From: Squalus acanthias
Taxonomy: Eukaryota
Length of the DNA stretch: 64,000 nucleotides
Direction of reading: 5' to 3'
NCBI GenBank assembly: GCA_030390025.1
Contig: CM059432.1
Coordinates: 38,938,001 to 39,002,000 of the forward strand
Each line of letters begins with the position of its first letter. Position 1 is the stretch's first letter. The notes beneath the pieces are model-generated. The model did no database searches and was not told the DNA's origin. It was given only the letters and a program-made list of their open reading frames with translations. Of this stretch, positions 36,597 through 48,653 are shown in pieces. A program made the position numbers and the translations under genes.

Positions 36597-36945
36597 TTAT
36601 GCCAGAAACAGGTATGTAAATGCATGCAATGGAAATGCAAGCAATTTCCACTTGTCTTGGTCTTCTTGCTGTGGTTGTTCTCTTCCTCTGGGTGCTTTAT
36701 AGTTTAGCATCGTTGAGTAGTGAAGTTGTGCAACTGGCAGCAGACTGCAATGATCATGGAAAACGGGCTTGTATTGTAGGATGTCCCCTGACCTTTCGAG
36801 GCATTTGAAGCACTGCTTCAGTGTGCCTATAGTATTTTCAATAATGAATCTGGTAGCCGAATGCACCTCATTGTACCTATTCTCAGCAGCTGTTCATAGC
36901 TGTGGTAGAGGTGTCATGAGTCAGGGATCAAGGGCCTTGGTCTTC
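36597..36945 (-). pseudogene. Harbinger transposase C-terminal remnant
   Basis: LMTPLPQL..AAENRYNEVHSATRFIIENTIGTLKQCFKCLERSGDILQYKP. Confidence 0.8.
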
Positions 36946-38360
36946 TTAGAACCAAGCTTGCACTCTTTGTGGGTTAAATAGCGGGACATGGATTATCCAT
37001 AGTGGGCGTGCTAACATATACATGCATTTTGCAGCCACACTGAGATGAAAAGAGTGATCGAGATGAATCCCTGTGAAGGTGTGAGTGAAAGAGGAATTAT
37101 AGATATTGGCTGCTGATGCTAGGTGTTCTCTGCTGCTCAATGTGCATGCACGGTTATCATTCAAAGTGCTGTAAGATAGAGCGATGGGGAGTAAAAGCTA
37201 TGATGTGCCATGCATACTTTACACACATACTTCATATGAGATAGTCCTATCTTGGCTGACCTAATCTTGGTCAGGTCTCTGAATTTTTTCTGACTTGGAG
37301 CCAGTTCGCCTGGTGTTGCTCTGAGCATTGACATATGTTGCCATCTCCTGCTGAAGACTTTGTGCTGCTCTCCTGATGAACAGTGTCCTGGGATGTCAAG
37401 GCTGCTCACTTTCCTCTGTCTTACTTGCTGAAGTAACACTTTCGGGAATCATGTGTGAATTTGAGGACAGGTGATACTCCATCACCTCTCTCCTCCATGA
37501 ACAGTCGAATGATATACAGCTGGGCAACAGTAGTTTCCTCAGTAAATAACCTCCCCTTTAGGAAGCTTCTGCAAGTCTTTAAATCCTGCTGCAGAAAACA
37601 GCGAGCTCCCAATGGGAGGCATTGTGATGTCAGGCACTCACTAAAATTAGGTTGCACGCAGAGTTGTAGCAAGATCAGCATTTAACCAATACAGTGCTTG
37701 CAAAGACTTCCATGGCCAACACACACCTGCTCGGTACTGAAACCAAAATATAAGCAGTACTATGTGAGCATCTTACTTTCTAAAAGCATTTTCAATCACT
37801 CATTTCATGGTTTGGTTAGAGAAGCTATTAAACAGCTCACAGTAGAATTCAGGGCCACTCTCAATCACTATCATCAATGCCACTCCTATCGACTTAAATG
37901 AGATACATTTGCAGCACGACAATCTATTTCAGTTTGTCCTTGTTCTCCCACCTTAAGATGAAGCACGGTATATCATGAAACTCCTAAAACTTGTAATTCC
38001 CTTTGACTGACTGGGGACCAGAAACCTTCTTTTAACACTTGTTTGTGATAAAGACTGCCAAGCATATATTCAGGGCACACATATATGGCAACTTTTTCTG
38101 CTACCTACACAAAATCTATCAGGGAATAACAAAATCTCATTCTAAATGGAGGTTGCTTAACATTACTTAAGAACTAAAAGCAACATCAATTACAAAAGAT
38201 TGGGTGAACTTAGCAACACTGGGGGGAGAATTGCTTTTGTCACAACATAAAGTAACATTATGAATGTATTTATGAAGATTTCCTCTCTAATATTGCTAAT
38301 AAAATTCTAAATGCATTCTGTTCATATTTGCTTATGATTGCACTACAAATAGCAAATAAA

Positions 38361-39108
38361 GGGGGAGAAATTCAGTTGGTTAGCGCCTCCGGGGGGCAAT
38401 AACTGGGCGCTAACGACTTACCGCCTGAGCGCGGCAATGTTACTGCCGCCCGCGAAATTCACCTGGTGGTTTGCGGCGGGGGTAACGCCAAGCGCCATGC
38501 TCTCCTGCGCCCAGAGATCGTGACATCATCCAGCTGCGCAGCGCCCCGTTAGCGCCACGGACCCGAAATTCGGTTCCGCCCCCTGCAGCATCGTCGGGCG
38601 ATAACACCGACAGCTGCAGGAGGCGTTGTTCGGGAGGATGGGCGCTTCGGGAGTGATAATTAAAGGTAAGGCCGCTGGTCTTCAGTAGAATTGTGTTTCC
38701 TTCCTTTAGGGTGCATTTTGAAAATGTTTAAATGGTGCGATTGATCGGCCTTGCACTCTGTCAGACTGCTTGGGGCTGATTGTCGAGGATCCCGGCCGCC
38801 ATCGGCGACGAGAGAGGTCGTTCAAATGCAGAGCCTGCAGCAATGGCCCTTCCCTTTAAGGGAGGGAAGGAGCTCTCGGATCCCGGCAGCGCTGCAGTGG
38901 TCATTGTGCAGCGCTGCACCTCTACCACCCCCCCTGCTTGGTTTATTGCTCCAGAAGGGTAGTGGTAGCGCTTGATTTAGCGCGTCACTTCCTTCCTGGA
39001 GTGCTAACACTGAATTTACCGAAAGCTGAGAATGATTAGCGCCTGTGCTAATTTTTCCAGCGTTCAAAATTTAGCGCCCCAAATTGGGCGATACCGAATT
39101 TCTCACCC
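38361..39108. mobile_element. PIF/Harbinger MITE related to family D
   Basis: TIRs GGGGGAGAAATTC / GAATTTCTCACCC; TSD AAA. Confidence 0.88.
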
Positions 39109-40393
39109 AAAGTCTTTACAAATACACTTAAAACATTACATATAATCACTGAGGAATATTTCCCTACTGTGTTAATTATTTAGTACATTTTAAATATTAA
39201 AGAAAGTGAGTGTAGGAAAGTATGTGCAAGAAAGTACTTCTCCCATCTAGGTAAAAATAAACTTTTATTACTTTTTTAAGGAGGCTTTTCAAGTTTTCTG
39301 TTGTTTTCTTCCTTCACTGAGTTCATGATTTTGAGTCCACACACCTGCAGAGAACTTCAGCAGCAGACACTAACTACGCTGTTTATTAGCAGGTCGTTTT
39401 GTGCAGACCATAATGATTGGCATCCTTCACCATCTGGATGTTGAGGTGTCTGAACTGGGCGCTGCTGTGACACTGCTGCTGTGTACTGAAGAATCCTGGC
39501 TTGGGGCACATCATAATCAGGATCTGGGATAGGAAAACACACCAGTCACTGCAATTTCCTAAGAATTCCCTCACTAATAAGTCCCATGGTTAATGTCAGT
39601 TCTGTGAATTGAGCAGTTCTGTGAAGGGTGTGAAGATCCAAAATGCTGATTCTCTATAGAAAGGCAAAATGAACTAATAGTCCATTTATGTAGCAAATTG
39701 GAGCTGGATTAATTCTTAATTTGCCTTCCATTTGTCACTATACAATTTTGCATAATCTGATTTTGTTTTTGCATGCGTTTCTGAGAGTGAGAGGTGTTGA
39801 AAGTGAAGACAGCAGCAGCCAAAGAAATGCTACTAGCAGCCTGACCAGCTGAGGCCCCTCTGCCCCCCAGTTCCCCCTTGTAGCAGCAAGGCAGCGAGCT
39901 TCATTCACACATAATGTTATATAACTTCTCCAACCATGGGAGAGGTTGTGAAGAAAAAAAAGCTTCAACATTTTGAAGAAAATCTTCACATGTGGAAGTG
40001 TGCTGCATCCTGCATGTGTTTCGTTTTGCTCTACAAATTCGCCCAAATCTAGAGGAGCTCCTCACTATTAAGTCTGACTGAAACTATCGATATAGAGGTT
40101 GGGGGAGGGAGAGGAGTGGAAAGACCTCAGCTAGTCAACTTGGCAGCTGTTACATGTTTTGCCTACTGTTTTTGCCCTCTTTCTTGTAAATCACTCTACA
40201 CTATAAATTAGATAGTTTCATCAGCAGGAGGGTGAAAACCCCAAGACCATTTTAGAAAGTGGCTTTGTATTATAAAAGGGGTACAAAACATCAAATATAT
40301 CCTAACAAAATTGGAGGTTTACATTAAAAAAAATATGTTATCTAAATGTTTACATTGAAAATTACCCTCCTATATTTTCTTTTAAAGGTCAGA

Positions 40394-40540
40394 GGGGGTA
40401 ATTTTGACTTTGGATGACAGTGTAAAATTCATGATATCGGATTTGTCACCTGTTATATCTGTCCCAAGTCAGCTGCTGTTGTCTTCAGTTTCAACACCTC
40501 TGGCCTGCTTCACGCTACGCCCAAAGTCAAAATTACCCGC
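40394..40540. mobile_element. Short palindromic MITE
   Basis: GGGGGTAATTTTGACTTTGG / CCAAAGTCAAAATTACCCGC. Confidence 0.75.
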
Positions 40541-40969
40541 CAAAGTTTCAAACCATTTGAGCAGCTATTGCAGTCATGAATAAGCTCTCCTTTAGGTGCA
40601 TGCTTATGACCAGGCCAATTATTCTGTTTGATGGAAGTCTAGGGGCAGAGGGAGAGGGGAATGGGAAGATACTGAATGAACTTCAGGGAGTAATTACCTC
40701 TGCTGCACTGGTATATGGGGCAAGAGAGCTGTAACATTTTAAGTTACAGTAATAAAGTCTTTACTTAAAAAGATTCCGACAAATTCAGACTGGAGAACTT
40801 TGGTGAAAAAAGCTAATGAAATATTTGGAAATATTTCTAGTCTTACACGCACAGCCAACACAAATCTGTTTCTGTGAAATATTACAATGTAGCTGACTGG
40901 TCCTGCTGTGCCCTTAACCTGGATTTGGCATTGCAATCATAAGTTGGGTGTAAAATTGTTTAAAAGGAA

Positions 40970-41147
40970 GCAGGAGTCGCCAAGAAAATCCTGGAGTACT
41001 TTCAAAAATCCCCAAAAGGCTGCAGAACAGCTGAAAGAGAAACAGGAACAATTTGGAAAACATCACTGCAAGCTGCTGCAGAATGTCAAAACCAGATGGA
41101 ACTTAACCTGGAAAATGTTTGAAAGGCTGATACCAATTTACACTTAG
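40970..41147 (+). pseudogene. hAT (Ac/ZBED-like) transposase fragment
   Basis: KAAEQLKEKQEQFGKHHCKLLQNVKTRWNLTWKMFERLI matches the hAT TRWNS..M..R motif. Confidence 0.75.
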
Positions 41148-42526
41148 AGAGTGAATTCAATTTGGGGTTGCGTTGATCCAAACTGAATTGGATCTCCCTA
41201 GCATTTACACGCACCTCTGCCCTGAGCCACCTCACAGTTCTGGCAGTATCAAATTACTGGCCTGACACATGGGCTAGGATGTATGGCAAAGAAAGAGCTA
41301 GGCAGGGAATCAAGTCCGAAAAATCAGTCGAGGAATCTGCTCTGCCAGGTACTTAGCCAGCTCCTCCTCTCAGTTTTAGGAATCCTTGGCTTTCTCTTGA
41401 CAACGCAGTCTGCTAGCCAAAAAGGCATTCCTGTTGAATTATTGGTTGTTTCAGTAGCTCTTCAAATGTTTCAAACAAAATTGATAGGAATCTGCATCCG
41501 TTGAAGTTGACTTTATTCCAGTAGGTAGTCCGAACTGAAACATGTATACTGTTTGGAAACTATAATTTAATTTGAAACAGCATGAGTTCAGAACAAATCA
41601 AAAGCTGAGCTGGGGTACACATGAATTAAACTCAGGATTTGCAGCTCCTGATTGTTCTTTTATCAAAATTGTGGAGCTTTAACTATCCTCTTGTGTCTTT
41701 ATTCAAAAACTAATGGCAGCCTATAAGGTACAGAAATATTATAATTGCAGAGCTAGTTTGCAAAATAATGAAAAAAATAAAACCCTTTTCATTGTTGATC
41801 ATTAATCACAGGGGTAAATTTTAACTCTCCCCGCTTGGTGGAGACTTTGTAAGGGATTTGCAAACTAAATTTGACTTCAATGGAAATAAAAATCAGGAGA
41901 AATATTTAATTATCAAAATTACTCCCATCATTTCTACAGATCATGAACATCATTACTGCACCCAACGTAATGATCGCAGATGCCAAAAGAGGCCTGAATT
42001 GAATCAGTGGTGGGAGGAATTACCCCAGTGTAGGGTGAACTTTAATCAGCTTTCCTGTGCATGCTGGAATCTTTGTGATAGCTGCAAGTCAAACATCATT
42101 CCATTAACCTGAGCAGATGAAAGCATCAGATTGTCCACTTACGTTACTGAATGGAAAGAGATTAACGCGTGTTGAATATCTTTAACCTCAGCAAGGAAGT
42201 ATTTGCTTTCAAGGTTCCCACTCAGTTTCTTGCAATATGTATCGCATACTTGCTCCCTTTTGGATCAAATACATAACCAATTGGCTCTTGTCCTTTTTTT
42301 TACCCCACATGAGTAAGAATACCACAATTTAAAATGTTTTAACATATGCAAACTAATCTTCTAAATTGCTTATGGAGATAACATTTTCTGGCGGCTTTTT
42401 TTTTTACAGATTCCTGATGAACATGGCACTACAACAATGTCACTATTCCATTTTACTTATCTTCAATAATTATATTGATAATATAATTTAGATTATGTTA
42501 CTTAACATTGTCATGATACACACTTA

Positions 42527-42712
42527 GGCCTAGAAACTTGTGGTGGACGGTGGCGCAGAACGGGTGGTATCGGATCGACCGCCTGTTATATGAAGCGCCC
42601 GATACTCAGTTCTATTGCAGTCACTGGAACTGAATATCAGGCGCTGTGTATAACGGGTGGCCGATGCGATACCGCTCATCTTGCGCCACCGCCCGAGAAG
42701 AATTTCTAGGCC
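42527..42712. mobile_element. Short, almost fully palindromic MITE
   Basis: Ends GGCCTAGAAA / TTTCTAGGCC with extensive internal dyad symmetry. Confidence 0.85.
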
Positions 42713-42809
42713 TATATTTGTGATAATACATTTATGCTACCAGCTTTATATATATACCTTTCCTATTATTGTTGAAATAATAATTTTGTATAATTTGGAC
42801 TGAAATTGG

Positions 42810-43635
42810 AATAGGCCCTGAAAATCTTCCCCTGCTCGTCTCCCATAGATCTGCAGGAGACCGCGCCATAGTGCAAGATCCTAAGTTAGAGCTCCATTTA
42901 ACCAGAGTGCAGTTTGAAGGGTTAATTGTGCAAGTGCTGCTTTATGAGAGTGAAGAGTGTATCGCTGCCCAGAGAGGGCCAAGGAAGAAAAGGAAGACTG
43001 TCTAGTGTGTTACTTTGCCTGCCCAAGTGAGGTAGTTGTACTTTTTCTGGCACTGCTCTGTAGTCCTAGGGTTAGGGAATTGGTGCTTTGTGCTAATGCC
43101 ACTTCCCTCTAACTGGCATGTGTGCTATGTCTGGCTGGCTTTCTGGCACCCGTAATTAGGAGTCTGTGCCTCCTGCCTGCAATCTCCTGCGGGAGGACTT
43201 TGAGCTCTGAATCAGTGAAGTTCTCTGTTCTTCTCCTGCTTGGCGCCATGCCCTGCTGCCTTCTTGGTGCTAATGTTCCTGGAACAGACATAATTCTTAA
43301 AAAGTAAGAGGAAAAGATTTTTGAGACATGCAGTGAAGTTATCTGAGAGTCCAGCGAGAGAACCAAGAGAATTCCTTCCTTACCTGGTTGACCCCCAGTC
43401 TGCCGGGAAGTGTGCAGGCTAAATCTACTATTCAGAGGCTGAACTGCAGTATCCATGCAATCCAGCCGCTTACACACATTTCACATGAGATTTACGCCAA
43501 TCACTATGCAAATGGGCTGACCCAGGAGGTCCTCATGCAACTACCTCCGCTGACCACCGACGGCTGCAAAACTGTAAAAAATAATTTTTAATGGCATAAC
43601 TGTAGCCCAACTCACCACGTAGAAGTTCACCCCCC
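42810..43635 (-). mobile_element. Degraded Harbinger derivative with Myb/SANT remnant
   Basis: MAPSRRRTENFTDSELKVLPQEIAGRRHRL...RTTEQCQKKYNYLT; paralog of 34140-35082. Confidence 0.75.
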
Positions 43636-43863
43636 CACCCTCCCCCCACCCCGAGTCTAATTAGACGTCATAATCTTTAAATCAAGACACAACCACAATG
43701 CTTTCCTTCTGGAGGTGTTGGTTTTAGGGCATCCCTTATCTTGTCCCACCTGTACAAAGAAAATTGTAGAACATTTATTTATTACTTAGAGTAAGAGACT
43801 GAGATCACCAATCAATGAGAACATGATTATTGGAAAATAAAATTTATGCCGATGAAAGATTAA

Positions 43864-45922
43864 GGCTGGGAAATTCGACACCACTGGAAAATGGGTGCGG
43901 GCACCGTGATGCGCAATATTCCCGCGCCCATACAAAAATCGCAGGCAGCATGTCAACTTTGTGCTGCCTGCTAATTACCATGATTGTAGCGCACAGCTTA
44001 GCGTTGAACGCGCTGCTGACAAGCTCAGCGCTCAGCAGGGGGCCGAAGTTCGCATTGCTCCCTTCTGCAGATAAAAATAATTAAAATTGCTTCAGCACTA
44101 GGCAGTCTGCACCTCTTAAAGGTGAGCTGCCTTCTGCTGATCAAAAATGCTAAACGTGCTTCAGCACTAACACAAATGGCTCAACAAGCCAGGGAAAGGG
44201 CACCCAGGGTCTCAGACGCAGCACTCGAAGCCTTTGTGCAGGGGGTCAACACTGGAAGAGAAGTCCTCTACCCACAGGGGGCCAGAAAGAAGGATGTGGG
44301 ACCAGATCACCGAGGTGGTCGCTGCGAGCAGTGTCGCTCCCAGGACCTGGCTCCAGTGCCCTCAGACATTTCATGACCTCAGACGAGTGGTCAAGGTCAG
44401 TGAATGCATCTTCAAAAGCCATCTCCTACCAACTGCATCACTAGCCTCACACATTGCTCAATGCACGGCCCCCCCAATCGATCACCTACCAACAATCTCT
44501 ATCAAACACGAGGCACACCTCACATTCCTAGATTCACCTCACCCCCTTGGAGGAGACGGTGCTGGCCATTCTTGGCAGGGGCATGGCTGAGCCCTTGGCC
44601 AGCGGCAGAGTTGAAAGAATACAAGATGCTGGTATCCTCATACGTTATCCACCTTCTCACATCCCACTTCCCCCTCATCCGACAATCTCTTCGGATTTAC
44701 ACGCTGCACATGCTTTACCCCCTCCCCTCACCACAACCCTACCCTTGTGCCTTCCTCATTTCAGACCCAAGAAACCTAGCCTTCCCAGCCAGTTGTTGGC
44801 CAAGAAGAGGGAGAGGAGAGTGAAGAACAAGAAGAAACAAAGTCACTTGATTTCACACTCCCATCCACCAGCTCCTCGAGGTCGTCCTGCAAGGCCCTCT
44901 GCAGTGTCCCCCACTGAAAGTCAGCAGCCTTCCACCAGCCATGCTGCACCCACTGGGGTAGCACTGCATAACAGCACTTGGATATGCAAAGGCGCATGCA
45001 AGACAGTCACTAAGGTAATGCACAAGGGTGATTAGATTAATTTTTGATGTAATACTGGATGCATATATGGATAAAGTTGGATTGGAAAGTTTGCTTTGTG
45101 GTGGCTTTTATTTCAGCATCGTGGCCAAGAGGACGCTGTGATGGTCAGTAACAGAGGGAAGGTAAGGTGTGGGACAAATGTTGAAAGGGGAATTGGGGTT
45201 GTGTTCACTGGTACTGCAGGTGGATGATTCGATCACGGATATCCCGGCCAGAAAGAGACTGTCTGGGTTGCCTCCTTCCTTCCGCTTCCTCCTCTTCTGC
45301 TTTTTCCTCTTTTGCTTTTTCCTCTTCTGCTTCCTCCTCTACTGTCTCCTCCCTCTGTGAGCAGCTTGTCACCTTTGCTGCCTCTGCTCTATCTGCAGCC
45401 CAAGGGGGACTGCAACTAGAGCTCCCAGGGCTGGGAGCAAGTGGTGCTCTCAGAGGCCTTCCTTTAAGATCCAAAGCCTTGCAAATGTCCAGCAGCACTC
45501 CCTGCACACTTTAACAACTTTTTTAATGTATTGCACCAAGCCACTACTCCAATAAAATGTAAAGAAACCAGTCCAAAAGCAAAAATCTAAACTTACTTGA
45601 AAGTTGTGTGTGTCCCTTTAAGAAGCGTTGGCAGTGGCTCTGGTGTACTGCTGCACGCACGTTGTTCCATGCAAGGGTTGGAGAGGGCATTATTAAGAGC
45701 GGCAACATCTAAAATCCCAGATTGTGCGTCAATTCAGGTGTTGCACGCCGATTGACGTCACGAGCTGGATCATTTAAATATGCGAAGCGAACACAGGCAA
45801 CAGCAGCGCTGCTGACCTGCCCAAAATGGCGGTCGCTGTGTTCCGCACTGGAAGCGAGGCGGCTGCCATTTTTCTTCCAAGCCGGCCTTAACGGCCGGCG
45901 CTAAAGCTCCAATTTCCCGGCC
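43864..45922 (+). mobile_element. Internally deleted Harbinger with convergent Myb/SANT (+) and transposase-end (-) remnants
   Basis: TIRs GGCTGGGAAATT / AATTTCCCGGCC. Segment 44176-44395 reads MAQQARERAPRVSDAALEAFVQGV...RTWLQCPQTFHDLRRVVK. Minus-strand 45205-45507 has an acidic tail ending GRDIRDRIIHLQYQ. Confidence 0.82.
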
Positions 45923-47299
45923 AATACATATGAGGACAATTCACATCCACATCACATACTGGAAGGCCATGTTAAAAAATCTACATGGTATAAAATGGCT
46001 GCCTGTTGCAGAATATTTCAGATGCTCTTCAGTAACCATATTTCAACTTGGTCTGACAAGATGGGGCTCAAATGAAACTTATACAGGAACATGACTGAAA
46101 AGCCAAGACAAAGAAGAGGACAACACGAGACTTTCATTTGGAACAGTAGAAAAATATAATAGCCTGTTTTAAAAATAGAACCGATTTGACGCTGATTGAA
46201 AGTTACATTCACTACAACACTGTTAGCCAAAGCAAACATATCAATGCAACCAATAGTCCCTGCGTACAGTAAATGGTAATGCATCTGCAGTAATGCACCG
46301 TCATGGTTTTAAAACATGAATTGTGGGAAGAAACACAAAAGATTAAGTATTGAGTAAGATAATTGCTCAGAATATAGGGATAAGTTTTTTGATTGACAGG
46401 CTCTGGCACAGAGCTTCAGAAGCAGTGTGGCTGTTTTCAATAGAATGTGGGTGATGATCCTGTTGTCATTAACAACCAGTGCCCTCATTACATAGTCCAC
46501 ACTGGAACACCCAGTCAAATGCAACCTCCTCTCCTGCCATCAGACCTGACCTGGCAGAATCAAACTGCATCTAAAGGTAAAGCATAGAAGGGGCTGTATG
46601 GTATCTTCCTTGAGGTAGCTGAAGTTTTTATGATTATGAAGCAGTTTGACATTGTCGATTTAAGCAAAGAGGTCACTATGGCAAAAGGTTCAAGCTTCAA
46701 CAAATGATTATTCACTAAACAGCCATTTATCTGAATGTTAAATACAATTATAGCTTATATTATAGCTTATCCCTCCTGTCAATAATTCTAGTGAAAAACT
46801 CAGTGTGAACACAAAATGGGCTGTTTTTGGAAAAGTTATTGACAGGAGGAATTCTACCCCCTAAAAGGTAACTATTTTGCTGTTAATTTCTGAGATTCCT
46901 GCTTTGTTAAAATAGTAATCATTGGCGACATTTCTGTCAAATGTATAGTTTTGCCTTCTCATTTCTATCTACAGAATTGCTAACACCAATTGCTACGTGT
47001 TCTATGTGCTGAAGTAGCCAATGTTAACATCACATTTCAAGCATACTTGAAGCTGTTCCAAACTGTCCTAATATTATTAATGTGATAGTGCATGTGTTTC
47101 TAAATTAATTTGTTTTTGTACTACAGCATACTTTATGTCTGTTTTTCTTAAGTGTACATTCCTGCTAAAAATATAAAAATTATAGAAACTATGTGCATTA
47201 TGGGGGGGGGGGGGGGGGGCGGGGGGTGGGGCGGGGGGAGGAAATTTCCTCAGTTTGCTGTTTTTAGCAAAATCATATATGTACGTATAATCAGAAAAA

Positions 47300-47472
47300 A
47301 TCTTTCCCCATATCTGAACAGTCCTCTCTCCTCTCATTTAAAACCTCCTCAAACCCATGCATTTGGATATCTCTTCTAACTCTTCAACTCCCACTTGGTG
47401 TTCACATTGTCCTAGGTGAAGCACCTTGGGATGTTTCATTGCATTAAAGGCACGATATAAATACAAGTTATT
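47300..47472 (+). mobile_element. L2 3' end
   Basis: GTGAAGCACCTTGGGATGTTTC...TTAAAGGCACGATATAAATACAAG. Confidence 0.65.
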
Positions 47473-47723
47473 TCCATGTTTTACTGACCAATTTTAAAAT
47501 TAAAAAAAATGTTATTGGGATTAGTCAACTGGCGGATGAAATTCCACGGGAATTATACTGGTTTCCCACAGTGACTGCAGAATTTTAGCCCCTTCAACTG
47601 TGTTACAATCAAATCAGACAAGTGTGATGGTGCAATATTTTACAAAGTAACACAGACCTCAGTGAAGGATCTGGCAGCTTGGTCTAAAATGAGTAACATT
47701 GACAGAAGAAGTATGGAATACAT

Positions 47724-48616
47724 GGGGGAAAAATTCAGTTGGTTGCGCCTCCTGTTAGTGCCTTAAGAGGGCGCTAATGGGGCACAAAGCAACTAGCGCC
47801 CGGGCGCGACGATGCTTGCGCCGCTCGCAAAATTAACTAGACATTTTGCGGCGGCGCTAAACACTACCGCCACGATCTCCTGCGCCGGCAGATCGTGACG
47901 TCAGGCAAGTGTGCAACGCCCCGGTAGCGCCCCGATGCGGATATTGAGTGGCGCCCCCTGCCTTACCGCCTGCCGCTAGGAACGACAGGTTGAGGGGAGC
48001 GTTTTGCAGTCAGGAAGGGACTGGGGGAGCGCTATTTAAAGGCGACTGCTTCCTGCCTTTTTTTGTTTGTGACATTTTTGAACCACGCATTCTGAGGGAG
48101 AAAGAGAGAGACTTCTAGAGAGATTCAACGCTGTGTGAAGGAGTTTTGGGTACTGAGCAGCACTTTGCAGGTTCATTTTGATTTGCCCTTCCTTGTATCG
48201 ATTTAGAAGAGACTGTTGGGGCTGCACTCTGAGCTCTTTCCCTGGGCCTCTCCATTGTTCTTTCCAGCAGATTTGATGTACAGGTCTCTCCAGGCCGAGA
48301 TTCAAGTCTGCAATGAGAAGGATGTGGATGGAAAGCAAGATCAACCCTCCCCTTTAAGAACTGGCTGGCGCTGTTGTGTCTGTATTCCATTGCTGACTGA
48401 CATCACATGAGCTTCGCCAGCGCTCTGAGTTAACGCCTCGCTCCTCGGCCTTTGCGCCTTAAGACAGAGGTTTAGCGCCTGATTTAGCGCTCCAATCACC
48501 TCCAGGGGTGAAAAAAGTCAAGTTTGCAGTCGGAGGCGATAATTAGCGCCAGGCGCTAATCTTTGCGCCCGGCCGATAATTGCGCCCCAAATGGGGCGAT
48601 ACTGAATTTCTCCCCC
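47724..48616 (-). mobile_element. PIF/Harbinger MITE, family D (893 bp)
   Basis: TIRs GGGGGAAAAATTCAG / CTGAATTTCTCCCCC; TSD CAT. Confidence 0.92.
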
Positions 48617-48653
48617 CATGTGTTTTGATTCTTCGGTACCTAATACACATCTA

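Noticed and set aside
47202..47240. Poly-G / G-quadruplex tract (also 52402-52466)
   Set aside because: Simple low-complexity runs with no supporting context, and error-prone in assemblies.
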